64,000 nucleotides of DNA. Origin: Candidatus Woesearchaeota archaeon. Lineage in GTDB: Archaea; Nanobdellota; Nanobdellia; Woesearchaeales; WJKB01. The notes under the pieces are model-generated. The model was not told where the DNA came from, made no database searches, and worked only from the letters and a program-made list of their open reading frames with translations. Positions 18,986 through 28,705 of the stretch are shown piece by piece (the stretch's first letter is position 1; every line of letters starts with the position of its first letter). The stretch covers positions 71 through 64,070 of the forward strand of contig WJKB01000056.1 of the NCBI GenBank assembly GCA_014729345.1, in the 5' to 3' direction. The position numbers and the translations under genes are program-made.

Positions 18986-19807
18986 ATGGAGTTCAAGATA
19001 GAGAAAGAAGTCAATCCAAATGTCCATAATTACCCTAAAGAAGAGATTGACATAGCTTATGCATTCTCCAAGAAAGCTTACAAGGAATTTGGGGATTTTG
19101 TCAAGGCGATAGTGCTTTTCGGAAGCTCTGCCAGGCATGAGCGCAAGAAGAGTGGGGACATTGACATCCTTGTGATAATCAACGACCTCAGTGTGAAGCT
19201 CAGCGAGGAGCTTGTGGAAGCTTACAGGATAATCACAGAAAGGATAGTCCTGGACGTGAACAAGAAGATACATGTGACCACCCTAAAGATGACAGCTTTC
19301 TGGGAGTACATAAAGAATGGCGATCCCATAGGCATCAACATGCTCAGGGATGGGGTGGCCATGATAGACACAGGTTTTTTCGATCCTCTCCAGGCCATGC
19401 TCAGGCAGGGACGTATACGGCCCACGCCTGAAAGCATATATGCGTATTTTGACAAGGCTCCTGCGACCCTGCATAATAGCCGGTGGCATCTTCTCCAGGC
19501 TACACTTGACATTTACTGGGCAGTTATCGATGCTGCTCATGCTGCTCTTATGAAGATTGATGTCATACCTCCAACTCCCAGTCATGTCGCTGACCTGCTT
19601 GACGAGAAGCTGGCAAAGAAAGGCATGATCTCAAAGGCAGATGTGGAGACCATGAGAAAGTTCTATTCGCTCTCCAAAGACATTGTCCACAGGGAGATCA
19701 AAAGAGTGTCTGGCGAGGAGTATGACAGTTATCTTGAGGAAGCCGAGGGTTTTGTCGAGACCATGAGAAAGATCATAGAGAAGCCGGACAAGACAGGCAG
19801 ACCATAA
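18986..19807 (+). CDS. nucleotidyltransferase-domain protein (Pol-beta-like minimal NTase) with C-terminal helical domain
   Basis: VLFGSSARHERKKSGDIDILVII is the GS...D.D minimal nucleotidyltransferase signature. Confidence 0.65.
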   Translation: MEFKIEKEVNPNVHNYPKEEIDIAYAFSKKAYKEFGDFVKAIVLFGSSARHERKKSGDIDILVIINDLSVKLSEELVEAYRIITERIVLDVNKKIHVTTLKMTAFWEYIKNGDPIGINMLRDGVAMIDTGFFDPLQAMLRQGRIRPTPESIYAYFDKAPATLHNSRWHLLQATLDIYWAVIDAAHAALMKIDVIPPTPSHVADLLDEKLAKKGMISKADVETMRKFYSLSKDIVHREIKRVSGEEYDSYLEEAEGFVETMRKIIEKPDKTGRP

Positions 19808-20169
19808 GCTTTGAGACTGAAAAGAATTTTTTTCTGGCAAAGACTGACAAGAACAGGAAAGGTAGAATCGACAGCAGATACGTTCTCTCAGCTATTATGA
19901 ACAGTCTTAAAGTGTTCTGCATGACCTCTTCATGCTCAGGCAGGACAGGATTTGTATCTGTTTCTCCATCCGGCAAGAAGAACAGACCAGATGATCAGCA
20001 GCACTGACAGTGTAAACACTATCTTTGCCTGAAAAGGCAGATCCTTGTTCCTGAAGAGTATATGGGTAAGCTTGTCAGCATGCCAACAGGAATATAGACA
20101 TGAGTAACAGGAAGATAAGAGCCTTCAGACAGGTATTAGAAAAAAAAGATACTGAAAAGAAAAAAAGTA

Positions 20170-22344
20170 TCAATAAGTAGTCGTTTTCTTATGCTTTTTC
20201 TTGGGCTTCCTAAGCAGAAGTGCAATCGCCACCACGATAAGTATGACCACGAACAGGTTTCCCAGCATGAGCAGTATCATGTACAGCGGGTGGCTTCTTA
20301 GGTCTGCCCTTGTGGTGTCTGTGACCGTGACTTCAGGAGCCACTCCTGAGGATGTAGCCGGGCTTGTGCCTGAAGTGGAATGCTCAACCTCAACATCTGT
20401 GGATGAGCTGCCTGACGTCCCAGAGCTTCCAGTGCCTGAGCTTCCGGAATCTCCTGATGTGTCTTCTCCTGACGAGCCGTCATCTGCGCTGCTGTCCCCC
20501 TCGACCGTCAACCTGACTATCTTCGAGTCTGCCAGCTCGTCCTCGTCATGGTAGACCTTTATGATTATGTCGTATGTTCCTGCCTTGTCTCCGTCTATGC
20601 TTACAAACCTGTCATATTCTGCCTCATCGTCAAAAGGCTCTGACTCAAGCTCTATGCCCTGGTTCCTTATGTCCAGCCCAAGGTCTGAGTTCTTGATCTC
20701 AAGGACAACCTCATCCTCATCCTCTTTACCTATGTTCAGGATAGTGACATGCAGTGTCGTTGAGTCTCCCTCATCGATGGTTGAGTCTCCGAGGCTTGCC
20801 TTTGTGATGATTATGTCATGGCTTTCCTTCTCTACCTCAAGGTAGACGGTCCATTCCACCTCATGATCCTTGCCGTTCTCATCTTCTCCTCTTACCTTTA
20901 TCTCAACCTCATAGGTGCCTTCTTTTATCTCATTATCAAGCTCAAACTCGATGGTGACATCCTCTTCTTTTGAGTCCTCTTTGATGTCAAACTCGTCTGA
21001 CTCCTCTTCAAGATCGTCAGCATCATCGCCGTCGATGCCGAAGATGGTGATCTCTACAATGACATCCTCTATCTCGATGTCTTCATCATCAGTATAGGTG
21101 TTCTCTATGTCCAGCTCAAACTTCACCTTGTCTCCAGGTCCTGCTTCCTTGTCTATGGTCTGGCTGTCCTCAACATCCTTGTCACTGCTTCCGCCCACAG
21201 TGACATCCAGCCTGTCAAGGTTAAGCTTTCCCCTGACATCAAGTTTCAGCGGCAGGATGTTGGATATTGTGGTAAGGTCATGCCTTGTGCCGTTCACGAA
21301 AAGACTGCCGATGATCTGCTTTCCTGAAGCCTCGTCAGCAGGGATGTCAGCTGATACCATCACGTCTGCGCTCTCTCCTGCTGCCAGTGTCCCAAGATTG
21401 CTCTGGTTCAGTGTCAGCGAGTACTGCGAGCCTGCTGTATGTGTCATTTGCACATTGTTTATGGGTACGTTTCCGTTGTTCTGGACTGTGATTACCTTGC
21501 TCACTGAACTATTCTGGCTCTGAGCTGGAAAGTCCACGCTTGAAGGTGTATTAAGGTCATAGTTGGGCTCGTTGACAGTCATCTGCATGGTGCAGCTCCT
21601 TGTCTCTGTGCCTGTTCCGTTGTCATAAGTAGCGTTGACAACTGAGGAGTATGTTCCTGTGCTGGTGTTTCCAGCAAGGCCCACTACCTGGAAAGATATA
21701 GTTTCTGTGTCTCCGTATCCTATAGGTGTGGATGAGGGTAATGGGTTTACATTGTAGGACTCTGAGCCGCTCTGAAGGTCGCTTGCTGCAAAATTGACTG
21801 CTCCGATATCTGTATTTCCGATATTTTCAGCATCCACCTCTATGTTTACAGCTCCTGTCACGCCTCTTATATAGGTTGCAGAGCCGCATGACATGGATAC
21901 TTCAGGAGATGTTGCAGTAGGATCGACTGTCACGCTTACATGGACAGTGTCTGAAGCGCTCCCGCCTGTTGCCTTTAGGTCGCCGTCATATGTACCTGCC
22001 TTCTGGTCAGGAGGTATGGTTATGCTCAGCGAAAGCAGCTGGTCATCTCCGGTGTTAAGGTCAAACCCTGTGATTGAGGTAATGCTGAAGGTTTCACTTC
22101 CAAGAGTCAACGTATAGTCGCTGAAAGAAGCGGTATAGTTTGTCGTACCTGTGTTCTGCACAAGTATCATGGATGAGAGCGTGCTTCCAGGACTCCCTGT
22201 CATGGATACGGATCCGTTGAATATGTTTATGCTGTCAGCAGCACTGACTCCTGCAGCTAATGCGAACAAGATGATCATTGGTATGATAAGTTTTTTCAGC
22301 ATTTTTGTTACCTCCTGTAAAATAGGCTCAGTCCCCCTTAACAT
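20170..22344 (-). CDS. secreted acidic surface protein (S-layer / cell-surface adhesin candidate) with C-terminal membrane anchor
   Basis: N-terminal signal peptide, then Thr/Ser-rich beta-domain-like regions and a very Asp/Glu-rich segment. A Gly/Ser/Thr linker leads to a C-terminal TM helix with a KKKHKK tail. Confidence 0.55.
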   Translation of the reverse strand: MLRGTEPILQEVTKMLKKLIIPMIILFALAAGVSAADSINIFNGSVSMTGSPGSTLSSMILVQNTGTTNYTASFSDYTLTLGSETFSITSITGFDLNTGDDQLLSLSITIPPDQKAGTYDGDLKATGGSASDTVHVSVTVDPTATSPEVSMSCGSATYIRGVTGAVNIEVDAENIGNTDIGAVNFAASDLQSGSESYNVNPLPSSTPIGYGDTETISFQVVGLAGNTSTGTYSSVVNATYDNGTGTETRSCTMQMTVNEPNYDLNTPSSVDFPAQSQNSSVSKVITVQNNGNVPINNVQMTHTAGSQYSLTLNQSNLGTLAAGESADVMVSADIPADEASGKQIIGSLFVNGTRHDLTTISNILPLKLDVRGKLNLDRLDVTVGGSSDKDVEDSQTIDKEAGPGDKVKFELDIENTYTDDEDIEIEDVIVEITIFGIDGDDADDLEEESDEFDIKEDSKEEDVTIEFELDNEIKEGTYEVEIKVRGEDENGKDHEVEWTVYLEVEKESHDIIITKASLGDSTIDEGDSTTLHVTILNIGKEDEDEVVLEIKNSDLGLDIRNQGIELESEPFDDEAEYDRFVSIDGDKAGTYDIIIKVYHDEDELADSKIVRLTVEGDSSADDGSSGEDTSGDSGSSGTGSSGTSGSSSTDVEVEHSTSGTSPATSSGVAPEVTVTDTTRADLRSHPLYMILLMLGNLFVVILIVVAIALLLRKPKKKHKKTTTY

Positions 22345-22384
22345 CAGCTTCTAAGTAATCGTTATTCAAAAGTAGTATCAAAGG

Positions 22385-22394
22385 TATTTAAATA
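22385..22394 (-). promoter_or_regulatory. TATA box (tatttaaata) about 40 bp upstream of the surface-protein gene
   Basis: Shared aaggtatttaaata motif. Confidence 0.4.
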
Positions 22395-22454
22395 TTTATA
22401 TACTGTAATATATATGTTGGATTATTGTCTGTATCCAGGAGAAATCCAAGCGGA

Positions 22455-23009
22455 TCAGGTCTCATCCAGACACTTCAAGGCCTTTTTGTACATGGGCTCA
22501 GCGATCTGTTTTGCTTCCGACATAGCCATCCTGTCATACATATAGTCAAACTTGTCTTTTATCTTCTGCTTTCCAAGCTTAGGGACCAAACCGAGGAAAG
22601 TCTGCACATTGCATTCAAAAAAGCTTATGCTGTCTGCATCCATCACAGCGTCTGCATCAGGATCTCCTCCCTCCTCATGATGCAGGACAAGCCCGTACAC
22701 TTTTTCGGTCTTGCCAGGATCATAATCCTGTTTCTGGAGAAATTCTCTTATCGTTTCTGCTCCTCTACGCTGGTGAGGGACAAGGTGCCCTGGATCATCA
22801 AATGCCATTGTCCTGAATCTTTCAACAGAAGCTTCCTTCCTTAAACCCCTCTCAAGGTCATGCGCATAAGCAGCTATCTGTGTAGGCTCATCAGCATCAG
22901 GCCTGATCTGCATGAGCCAGTAAAGCGCCCTCTTGAAATGAGGTATGTTGGATTCTTTTCCTGCATCACCAAAAACCTGATCCACGTACTGTATGACTTT
23001 TTCGAGCAT
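22455..23009 (-). CDS. HD-domain metal-dependent phosphohydrolase (probable start at internal Met, coordinate 23009)
   Basis: AAYAHDLERG matches the HD-type motif. The listed ORF start at 23051 overlaps the rbcL stop. A TATA-like atttaaatat at 23031-23040 suggests leaderless initiation at the Met at 23009. Confidence 0.5.
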   Translation of the reverse strand: MLEKVIQYVDQVFGDAGKESNIPHFKRALYWLMQIRPDADEPTQIAAYAHDLERGLRKEASVERFRTMAFDDPGHLVPHQRRGAETIREFLQKQDYDPGKTEKVYGLVLHHEEGGDPDADAVMDADSISFFECNVQTFLGLVPKLGKQKIKDKFDYMYDRMAMSEAKQIAEPMYKKALKCLDET

Positions 23010-23041
23010 CCCCTTAGGAAACAGGCAGTGATTTAAATATC

Positions 23042-24307
23042 TTATCCCCATTTATGCAAGGCCTTCAGAAGTTCAAGGTGCGTCCTTGCATATTCTGGAA
23101 GAGGTATGCCTTTCAGCTCTGCGTCGACCGCCTGCCTTATAGCCATGGCCCCTTTTCTTGTGCCGTCTGGATGGCCGTGGCAGCCTCCCCCGAACTGTGC
23201 GATTATGTTTGTCCCAAGTATGTCGATAAGTTCTGGCACAAGACCTGGATGAAGGCCGCCTGAAGCCACTGCAAAGACAGGCTTTACCCCTTGCCATCTT
23301 TGCTCCAGGACATGCTGGGACTTGTTTGGATGTATGAGGTCATCCTCTATCTCATCCTCTATAGCCTCTATCTCAGCAGGGCTGCCTTCCATCTTTCCTA
23401 CAGCAGTGCCTATATGGAGCTGGTCCACTCCTATCAGCCTGGCAATCTTCGCTATGGTGAGCATGCTGATACCATGTTTGGGATTCTTGGTGATGGCTCC
23501 GTGCATCGCCCTGTGGGCGTGTATTACCATGCCGAGATCCATCTCTCTCATGGTCTGCAGCGCAGCCCAGCCAACAGTGAGTATATCTATCATCATATAT
23601 TCGCCGCCAAGAGACTTCACATATTCTGCCCGTCTGATCATCTCGTTTGTCTCAGCAGTCACGTTTGGCATGTAGATCTTCTTCTCACCAGTCCATTTCT
23701 CAGCCTTATCCCTGAGCTCAAGGGTCTTATCCACCCGTTTCTCGAACTGGTTGAACCTCTGGGAAGTCAGGTTCTCATCATCCTTGACTATATCAAGGCC
23801 TCCCATCCATGCTTCATATGCGACCTGGGCATGCTGTTCAGGATCAAGGCCTACTTTTGGCTTCACTATCGTACCCAAGAGAGGGCTTTTTCTCTTCTTG
23901 ACAAGTTTTCGTATGCCGTTGACGCCGAACCCAGGGCCTTTGAAGGATCTGATCATGGCTTTTGGGAAGCTTATGTCTTCTAATCTCAGATTTTTCAGTA
24001 TCTTCATCCCGAATATGTTGCCTGCGATGCTGGAAAGTATATCAGGCATGTTGCCAAACTCAAAAAGTTCAGAGGGGTACGCGATCTTTATGATCCCTGA
24101 TTTCTTGTCCATGTAGAAAACATGAGGCTTGAGCCTTTTTGCTATCTTCTCGTTCATGGTGGATATGGCGGTCCACGTGCCTATGGATGACTCGCCTGCT
24201 ATCTGTTCGCATGCTTTCTCAAAGCTGACGCCGTCAGGCTCTGCATAGTACTGCGTGACTACATCATCCTTTCCTGGTCTGTATCTAAGATCTATGTACT
24301 CAAGCAA
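23042..24307 (-). CDS. rbcL: ribulose-1,5-bisphosphate carboxylase/oxygenase large subunit, archaeal type III
   Basis: Signature segments are GESSIGTWT, LLGTIVKPKVGL, GGLDIVKDDENLTSQRF and HAHRAMHGAIT, plus C-terminal GGGCHGHPDG. No small-subunit gene, consistent with form III. Confidence 0.95.
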   Translation of the reverse strand: MLEYIDLRYRPGKDDVVTQYYAEPDGVSFEKACEQIAGESSIGTWTAISTMNEKIAKRLKPHVFYMDKKSGIIKIAYPSELFEFGNMPDILSSIAGNIFGMKILKNLRLEDISFPKAMIRSFKGPGFGVNGIRKLVKKRKSPLLGTIVKPKVGLDPEQHAQVAYEAWMGGLDIVKDDENLTSQRFNQFEKRVDKTLELRDKAEKWTGEKKIYMPNVTAETNEMIRRAEYVKSLGGEYMMIDILTVGWAALQTMREMDLGMVIHAHRAMHGAITKNPKHGISMLTIAKIARLIGVDQLHIGTAVGKMEGSPAEIEAIEDEIEDDLIHPNKSQHVLEQRWQGVKPVFAVASGGLHPGLVPELIDILGTNIIAQFGGGCHGHPDGTRKGAMAIRQAVDAELKGIPLPEYARTHLELLKALHKWG

Positions 24308-24366
24308 CAGGATTCACCTCTTGTGTTTTTGCTCGCTGGTCCCTTACTGCCTTGCATAGCGCAGGA

Positions 24367-24936
24367 TCACTTGTTGACATCAAAGATCTCTGTGAGGTTT
24401 GTCATCTCTTTTTCTTTTTGCGTAAGCTCCGGCTTCTGATCCTCATCACCCGACTTTTGCTCGCCTGTGCCTGGCTCTGGGTTAGGCGTAGGCTCTGGAT
24501 CCGGACCTGGCTCTGGCTGGGGCTCAGGCTCTGGAGTAGGCTCCGGAGGCTCGGGGTTGGGCTGGGGTTCTGGAACGCTTTCAACAGTGGCTGTTTCCTG
24601 CTTTTCTGGCAGCTTCTCTGAGGGTCCAGGGCTTTTCTCCCCTTTATCTTCAGACTCTGCAATGCCTATCTGGCCTGTTTGGGCAGCAGCTTCACCGATC
24701 TCTGTCCCCTGCTCAACAGCCTTATCCTCATCCTCAGAGTTTTTAGAACTTATCTCTTCCCCTGCATGCTTTCCCAGCATTATCTGCTTGGCTCTCTCGA
24801 TGCCTTCTTCCATGTTAGCCACAAGCCCGTTGTTCTTGAGGTTCTCAGCGAGCTGGTTTACCTTTTCTACCTGTTCTGGACTTATCTGCATCTTAACATC
24901 CACCTCAGATTGTTTCTTAAGCTTTGTCTTCCTCAA
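24367..24936 (-). CDS. hypothetical protein with Pro/Glu (PEPxP) low-complexity region
   Basis: The ORF encodes a 189-aa protein with a globular N-terminus and a PEPEPQPEPGPDPEPTPNPEP tail. The DNA shows ggctctgg-type repeats. Confidence 0.4.
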   Translation of the reverse strand: MRKTKLKKQSEVDVKMQISPEQVEKVNQLAENLKNNGLVANMEEGIERAKQIMLGKHAGEEISSKNSEDEDKAVEQGTEIGEAAAQTGQIGIAESEDKGEKSPGPSEKLPEKQETATVESVPEPQPNPEPPEPTPEPEPQPEPGPDPEPTPNPEPGTGEQKSGDEDQKPELTQKEKEMTNLTEIFDVNK

Positions 24937-24949
24937 GCTTTGCTGTCAT

Positions 24950-25423
24950 TCAGTCTTTTGTTGTCGTAAAATCATCTTTTCCTGTATGGAAAAGCCTTTT
25001 TCCAGTGTCATTCCAGTCCTTGTGCAGGACATTTCCTACAAATATGATATGGTCGCCTGTCTCTATCTCCTTGACCACCTCGCACTCAAGGAAAGCGAGC
25101 GCTTCACTTATCCTTGGACAATCCACTTTTTCTCCCTCAACCCTGTGAAAACCTGTCTCTTTGAACTTGTCCACGTGCTCTCCTGGGTTCCTGCCGCAGA
25201 AAAGCACCTCTTTCTCTGTATGTATGGGCATGAAATTGACCACAAATACCTTAGCCTGCTCTATCAGCTTCCTGCTGTACCTTGTCTTTCCTACTGAGAT
25301 CGCGTACATCAGGGGCTTGAAAGACGTGGGCATGTGCCAGTCAAGGGTGATTATGTCATCCTTGCTGTCAGAACTGCTCGTGACAAGTACTGTCTGCCTT
25401 GGATTTGCGATATCTGATACCAT
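24950..25423 (-). CDS. flavin reductase-like FMN-binding (split-barrel) domain protein
   Basis: Size and pattern (TVLVTSSS...DIITLDWHMPTSFKPLMYAISVGK...) resemble the flavin reductase-like domain. Confidence 0.45.
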   Translation of the reverse strand: MVSDIANPRQTVLVTSSSDSKDDIITLDWHMPTSFKPLMYAISVGKTRYSRKLIEQAKVFVVNFMPIHTEKEVLFCGRNPGEHVDKFKETGFHRVEGEKVDCPRISEALAFLECEVVKEIETGDHIIFVGNVLHKDWNDTGKRLFHTGKDDFTTTKD

Positions 25424-25457
25424 GATTATCCTCTCCTAAACCTAAGACACGAAATAC

Positions 25458-26252
25458 CTACCTGCTCTCACGCTTGTGGTAGGATATCTCTCGCTGGCCT
25501 ACGATTGCTGTGCCGATTATAAGATAGATGACATAAAGGGCTATAGGTACTATGATAAGGTCTATACCCATCCCTATAGGGACTGTTATCAGCCATTTTC
25601 CTATTCCCAAAGGCTTTGCCAGGACCTCCACAAGCATCATGATCGTCGAGGCATAGACCGCCACTATCAGAAGCCTCTTGAAAGTTATCTCATTTTTTGC
25701 TATCCTTGCAATAACGAAAGCTATAAGCGCTGTTATGATGATGATAGCTGCAAACTTGACGAAAAATATCAGGTACATGAGTATCATCAGTGAGGGTATC
25801 ATAAATATGAATATCACTGTGATCAGGTCGACGACATTGCCCTTGTATTCGGTTGCGTCTATCTCGCTGCTTGTCTTTATCTCCTGCACGCTTACAAGGG
25901 GCTTGTACTGTATTTTTCCGCTTGTTACCAGCACAGATTCCTCGTCAAGCTCTGTGTGTTCACCTGAAGTATCTACGATGATGAAAGGATCCTCCTTGGG
26001 TATCATCAAAGCTTCGGGTATATCATGCTCTACAGTGAACTTCAGGAGCTCTATCTTTGAGAATTCCTCATCCAGAAGTCCTGGCAGCCCTGCAACAGCA
26101 GGTATGTACATCAGGCACATAACAGCGAAGAAAAGCAGCAGCGCAAGAGGAAAATACCTGAGGGCATGCGTAAACCTGTTCTCTGAGAGCTCCTTATAAG
26201 AATCAGGATAAAGTGATCTTATGATAGTCATGAAAAAGTCTTTCCAGCCCAT
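25458..26252 (-). CDS. integral membrane protein, function unknown
   Basis: Five to six predicted TM helices. No motif recognised. Confidence 0.45.
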   Translation of the reverse strand: MGWKDFFMTIIRSLYPDSYKELSENRFTHALRYFPLALLLFFAVMCLMYIPAVAGLPGLLDEEFSKIELLKFTVEHDIPEALMIPKEDPFIIVDTSGEHTELDEESVLVTSGKIQYKPLVSVQEIKTSSEIDATEYKGNVVDLITVIFIFMIPSLMILMYLIFFVKFAAIIIITALIAFVIARIAKNEITFKRLLIVAVYASTIMMLVEVLAKPLGIGKWLITVPIGMGIDLIIVPIALYVIYLIIGTAIVGQREISYHKRESR

Positions 26253-26433
26253 TTTTTATCAACCTCTTTGCAAGTGATCGGATCAGCCGATCCCGATCAT
26301 CCCATGATCAGCAATATCCGACTATTATGGTTATGCTGTTGCTTTACTGATATATAAATCTTAAGGTTTTAGGCGGTTTTAAGCGTCTTCTGTTCCAAAA
26401 TAGTGACAGAAAAATTTTTTATAGGATGAAACA

Positions 26434-28020
26434 GTGCAGTCTTTCGGGGAAAAGATGTACAGGGACATAACGTACGATTGGAGCTATCATCATGACCTGG
26501 TGCTTACTGGAAACGGAGGCATCTCTGCAGACCTTATCCCCTCTGTAGCCCGTGTTCTGGTGGATGTTTTCGGTTTTGAGGGCCTTTCAACCATCATCAA
26601 CAATGACATCGACAACATAAAGCCTTTTACTGACCAGGAGCCCAGGCAGAACATAGATAAGAACGATGTGGAGAAGGGCTACGGCGGAAAGCATGTTGTG
26701 ATACTTGAGTATCTAAAGGCCATAGATAACAGGCTCACGCACACTGTCAGGGATCTACAGCAGCTCGCTTCCAAAGCGGTCTTTGAGGACCGCCAGGATG
26801 CTGATAGGCTTGCAAGGATAGTTGACCGTCTTGCATACCATACCATGCCTGATCTTGAACATAATGTGGCGCCCAGGTTTGACAACGGACGTATAAACCC
26901 AAGCACAATGGAAAAACAGCTTGCAGGGCAGATAAGGGCATGCACAGAAAGGTTCGGGGCTGCAAAGCACGTCACTTTTGCCATGCCCATGTCCATATTC
27001 GAATGGTCCCACAACTATCTCAAGAAATGGGATCCTGAAAAGCCCAAGAGGCCCGGAGATCCTGATAAAAAGCCAAGATATGAGATGCCTGCATGGCAGG
27101 ATTTTCTTGAGCATATGTCCCATTGCGGAGCTGATTCAGCAGTTATGCTGCATCCACATGCCCCCACAGAAAGCCTTGAGGTCTCAGCCCTCCAGAACCT
27201 GAATCTTGTCATGGCATATCCGCAGACCTATACTCTCAGCTCAAACGGTTTCGTGTTCTCTATAGATGACCTTTTCAGCGAGTTCACCCTTGATCCCCAA
27301 AACTTCGATCCTGTTGGGGTGAAGATGTCTGCCGAGATAGAGGCTATAGGAGAAGAACAGAAGTACAGGCACCTTCTGATGTATGTCTCATCCGTCGACA
27401 GGGGAAGCAGGGTCAATGCCAAGCTTGTCGGAAAAAGGTTCGGCCTGGGGTATGTGGAGTCACTCAAGGACAGGCAGGGTGAGGGCAGGTCCAGGATCAG
27501 CGAATCCGAAGATCTCGGCAAGTACCTGAAGCAGTTGAAGGAGTACAGGAAAGACGGCACTATAAAGGTGTTCATCTTTGACGACATGATGAACTCAGGA
27601 AGCACTGCAGATGAGGAGGCTAAGCTGAGAAAAGAGCAGGTGAGCAGGTTCAACAAGGACCACAACACCTCTTATGACGTGGAATGTGAACTGGTAGTGA
27701 CCCATTTCAGGTACAGGTGTTTGGAAGAGGTCCAACATGCCCACCTTGACAAGGTGATGCTTTTCAACACAGTCCCCTACCTCCCCCCTCTGCAGCAGCA
27801 GATAATTGATCTTGGACTTCAGGATAAGTTCGAGGTGGTGGAAAAAGCGCATTATCAGCTTGCCATGGGCATAGCCCTGGACTATTTCTTCAGGAGAATC
27901 CATAGGCAGATGGGAAACGCCACTGCTACAGGAAGGTACAGGGAGAACACTGATCATGCCCTGTCCAAGCATACTTCTTTCGGCACAAGACTTGAGAACC
28001 TCAGGTGGAGCAACCGATAG
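26434..28020 (+). CDS. PRTase-fold domain protein (PRPP-binding motif), possibly a PRPP synthetase/phosphoribosyltransferase-like enzyme
   Basis: KVFIFDDMMNSGSTADEE approximates the type I phosphoribosyltransferase PRPP-binding signature. At 528 aa it has extra N-terminal sequence. Confidence 0.35.
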   Translation: MQSFGEKMYRDITYDWSYHHDLVLTGNGGISADLIPSVARVLVDVFGFEGLSTIINNDIDNIKPFTDQEPRQNIDKNDVEKGYGGKHVVILEYLKAIDNRLTHTVRDLQQLASKAVFEDRQDADRLARIVDRLAYHTMPDLEHNVAPRFDNGRINPSTMEKQLAGQIRACTERFGAAKHVTFAMPMSIFEWSHNYLKKWDPEKPKRPGDPDKKPRYEMPAWQDFLEHMSHCGADSAVMLHPHAPTESLEVSALQNLNLVMAYPQTYTLSSNGFVFSIDDLFSEFTLDPQNFDPVGVKMSAEIEAIGEEQKYRHLLMYVSSVDRGSRVNAKLVGKRFGLGYVESLKDRQGEGRSRISESEDLGKYLKQLKEYRKDGTIKVFIFDDMMNSGSTADEEAKLRKEQVSRFNKDHNTSYDVECELVVTHFRYRCLEEVQHAHLDKVMLFNTVPYLPPLQQQIIDLGLQDKFEVVEKAHYQLAMGIALDYFFRRIHRQMGNATATGRYRENTDHALSKHTSFGTRLENLRWSNR

Positions 28021-28121
28021 CCGGCATATACAGCGCGAGATACGGCACGAGTGATCATATTGCAGGATATAGCTCCTAAACAACCCTTGAACCCTTTCGC
28101 CATCTGCAGGTCAGCAGGACC

Positions 28122-28643
28122 TTACCTGCAGAAGAGTATCAGGTCTTTTTCTTCCTGGACAGTCTTCTGCACCTCAAAACCCTGCCTTATGCCTGCAGAT
28201 ATCCTGATTAGGTTTACAGACCTCTTAAGCACAGAAAAGGCATATCTGCACCCTTTCTTCCCCACCCTTCTGATCTCTTCCAGCGCCTTATCCATGTCCT
28301 TGAAATTGTGCATGGCTGTGACAGAGATCACCACATCAAATCGGTTGTCAGGAAAAGGAAGCGACTCAGCACTTCCCACCCTGAACATCTCTCCCAGGGG
28401 ATCATCCTTTTTTTCTGAAGATTCCTGGGCGTGCTTCTGTACAGCCATGCCTATCATCTCTTCAGAAGGGTCTATCCCGAAATACCTGCAGTTGAAGAAT
28501 CTTGACGCAAAACCTGTCCCGCATCCTATGTCAAGAAGCCTGTCTTCAGGCTCCACCTCGATATTATCTGAGATAATCCTGAGCTTCTTTTCCTGCTCTT
28601 CCCTGTGCAGCCTGTCATATCCTTTGGCTGTCTGGTCGTACAT
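28122..28643 (-). CDS. class I SAM-dependent methyltransferase
   Basis: Motif I is LLDIGCGTGFASRFF, with acidic and aromatic downstream motifs. Confidence 0.7.
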   Translation of the reverse strand: MYDQTAKGYDRLHREEQEKKLRIISDNIEVEPEDRLLDIGCGTGFASRFFNCRYFGIDPSEEMIGMAVQKHAQESSEKKDDPLGEMFRVGSAESLPFPDNRFDVVISVTAMHNFKDMDKALEEIRRVGKKGCRYAFSVLKRSVNLIRISAGIRQGFEVQKTVQEEKDLILFCR

Positions 28644-28705
28644 GTTGCATGGATATCTTTAGAGATATATATAGTTATCCAAACACAGAGAGGTTTATGG
28701 AAAAG

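Noticed and set aside
18986-19807. HEPN domain in the C-terminal half of the nucleotidyltransferase protein, which would give an NTase-HEPN toxin-antitoxin-like fusion
   Set aside because: I could not find a convincing Rx4-6H motif, so only the NTase domain is supported.
19808-20169. Search for tRNA/ncRNA in the 360-bp gap, including the 67-aa ORF at 19773-19976
   Set aside because: No cloverleaf-compatible GC-rich stems, and the ORF has no motif or start context. It is treated as a non-coding spacer.
26276-26300. Inverted repeat tgatcgg...ccgatca downstream of the membrane protein gene
   Set aside because: The stem is short (7 bp) and has no T-tract. This is insufficient to call a terminator or operator.
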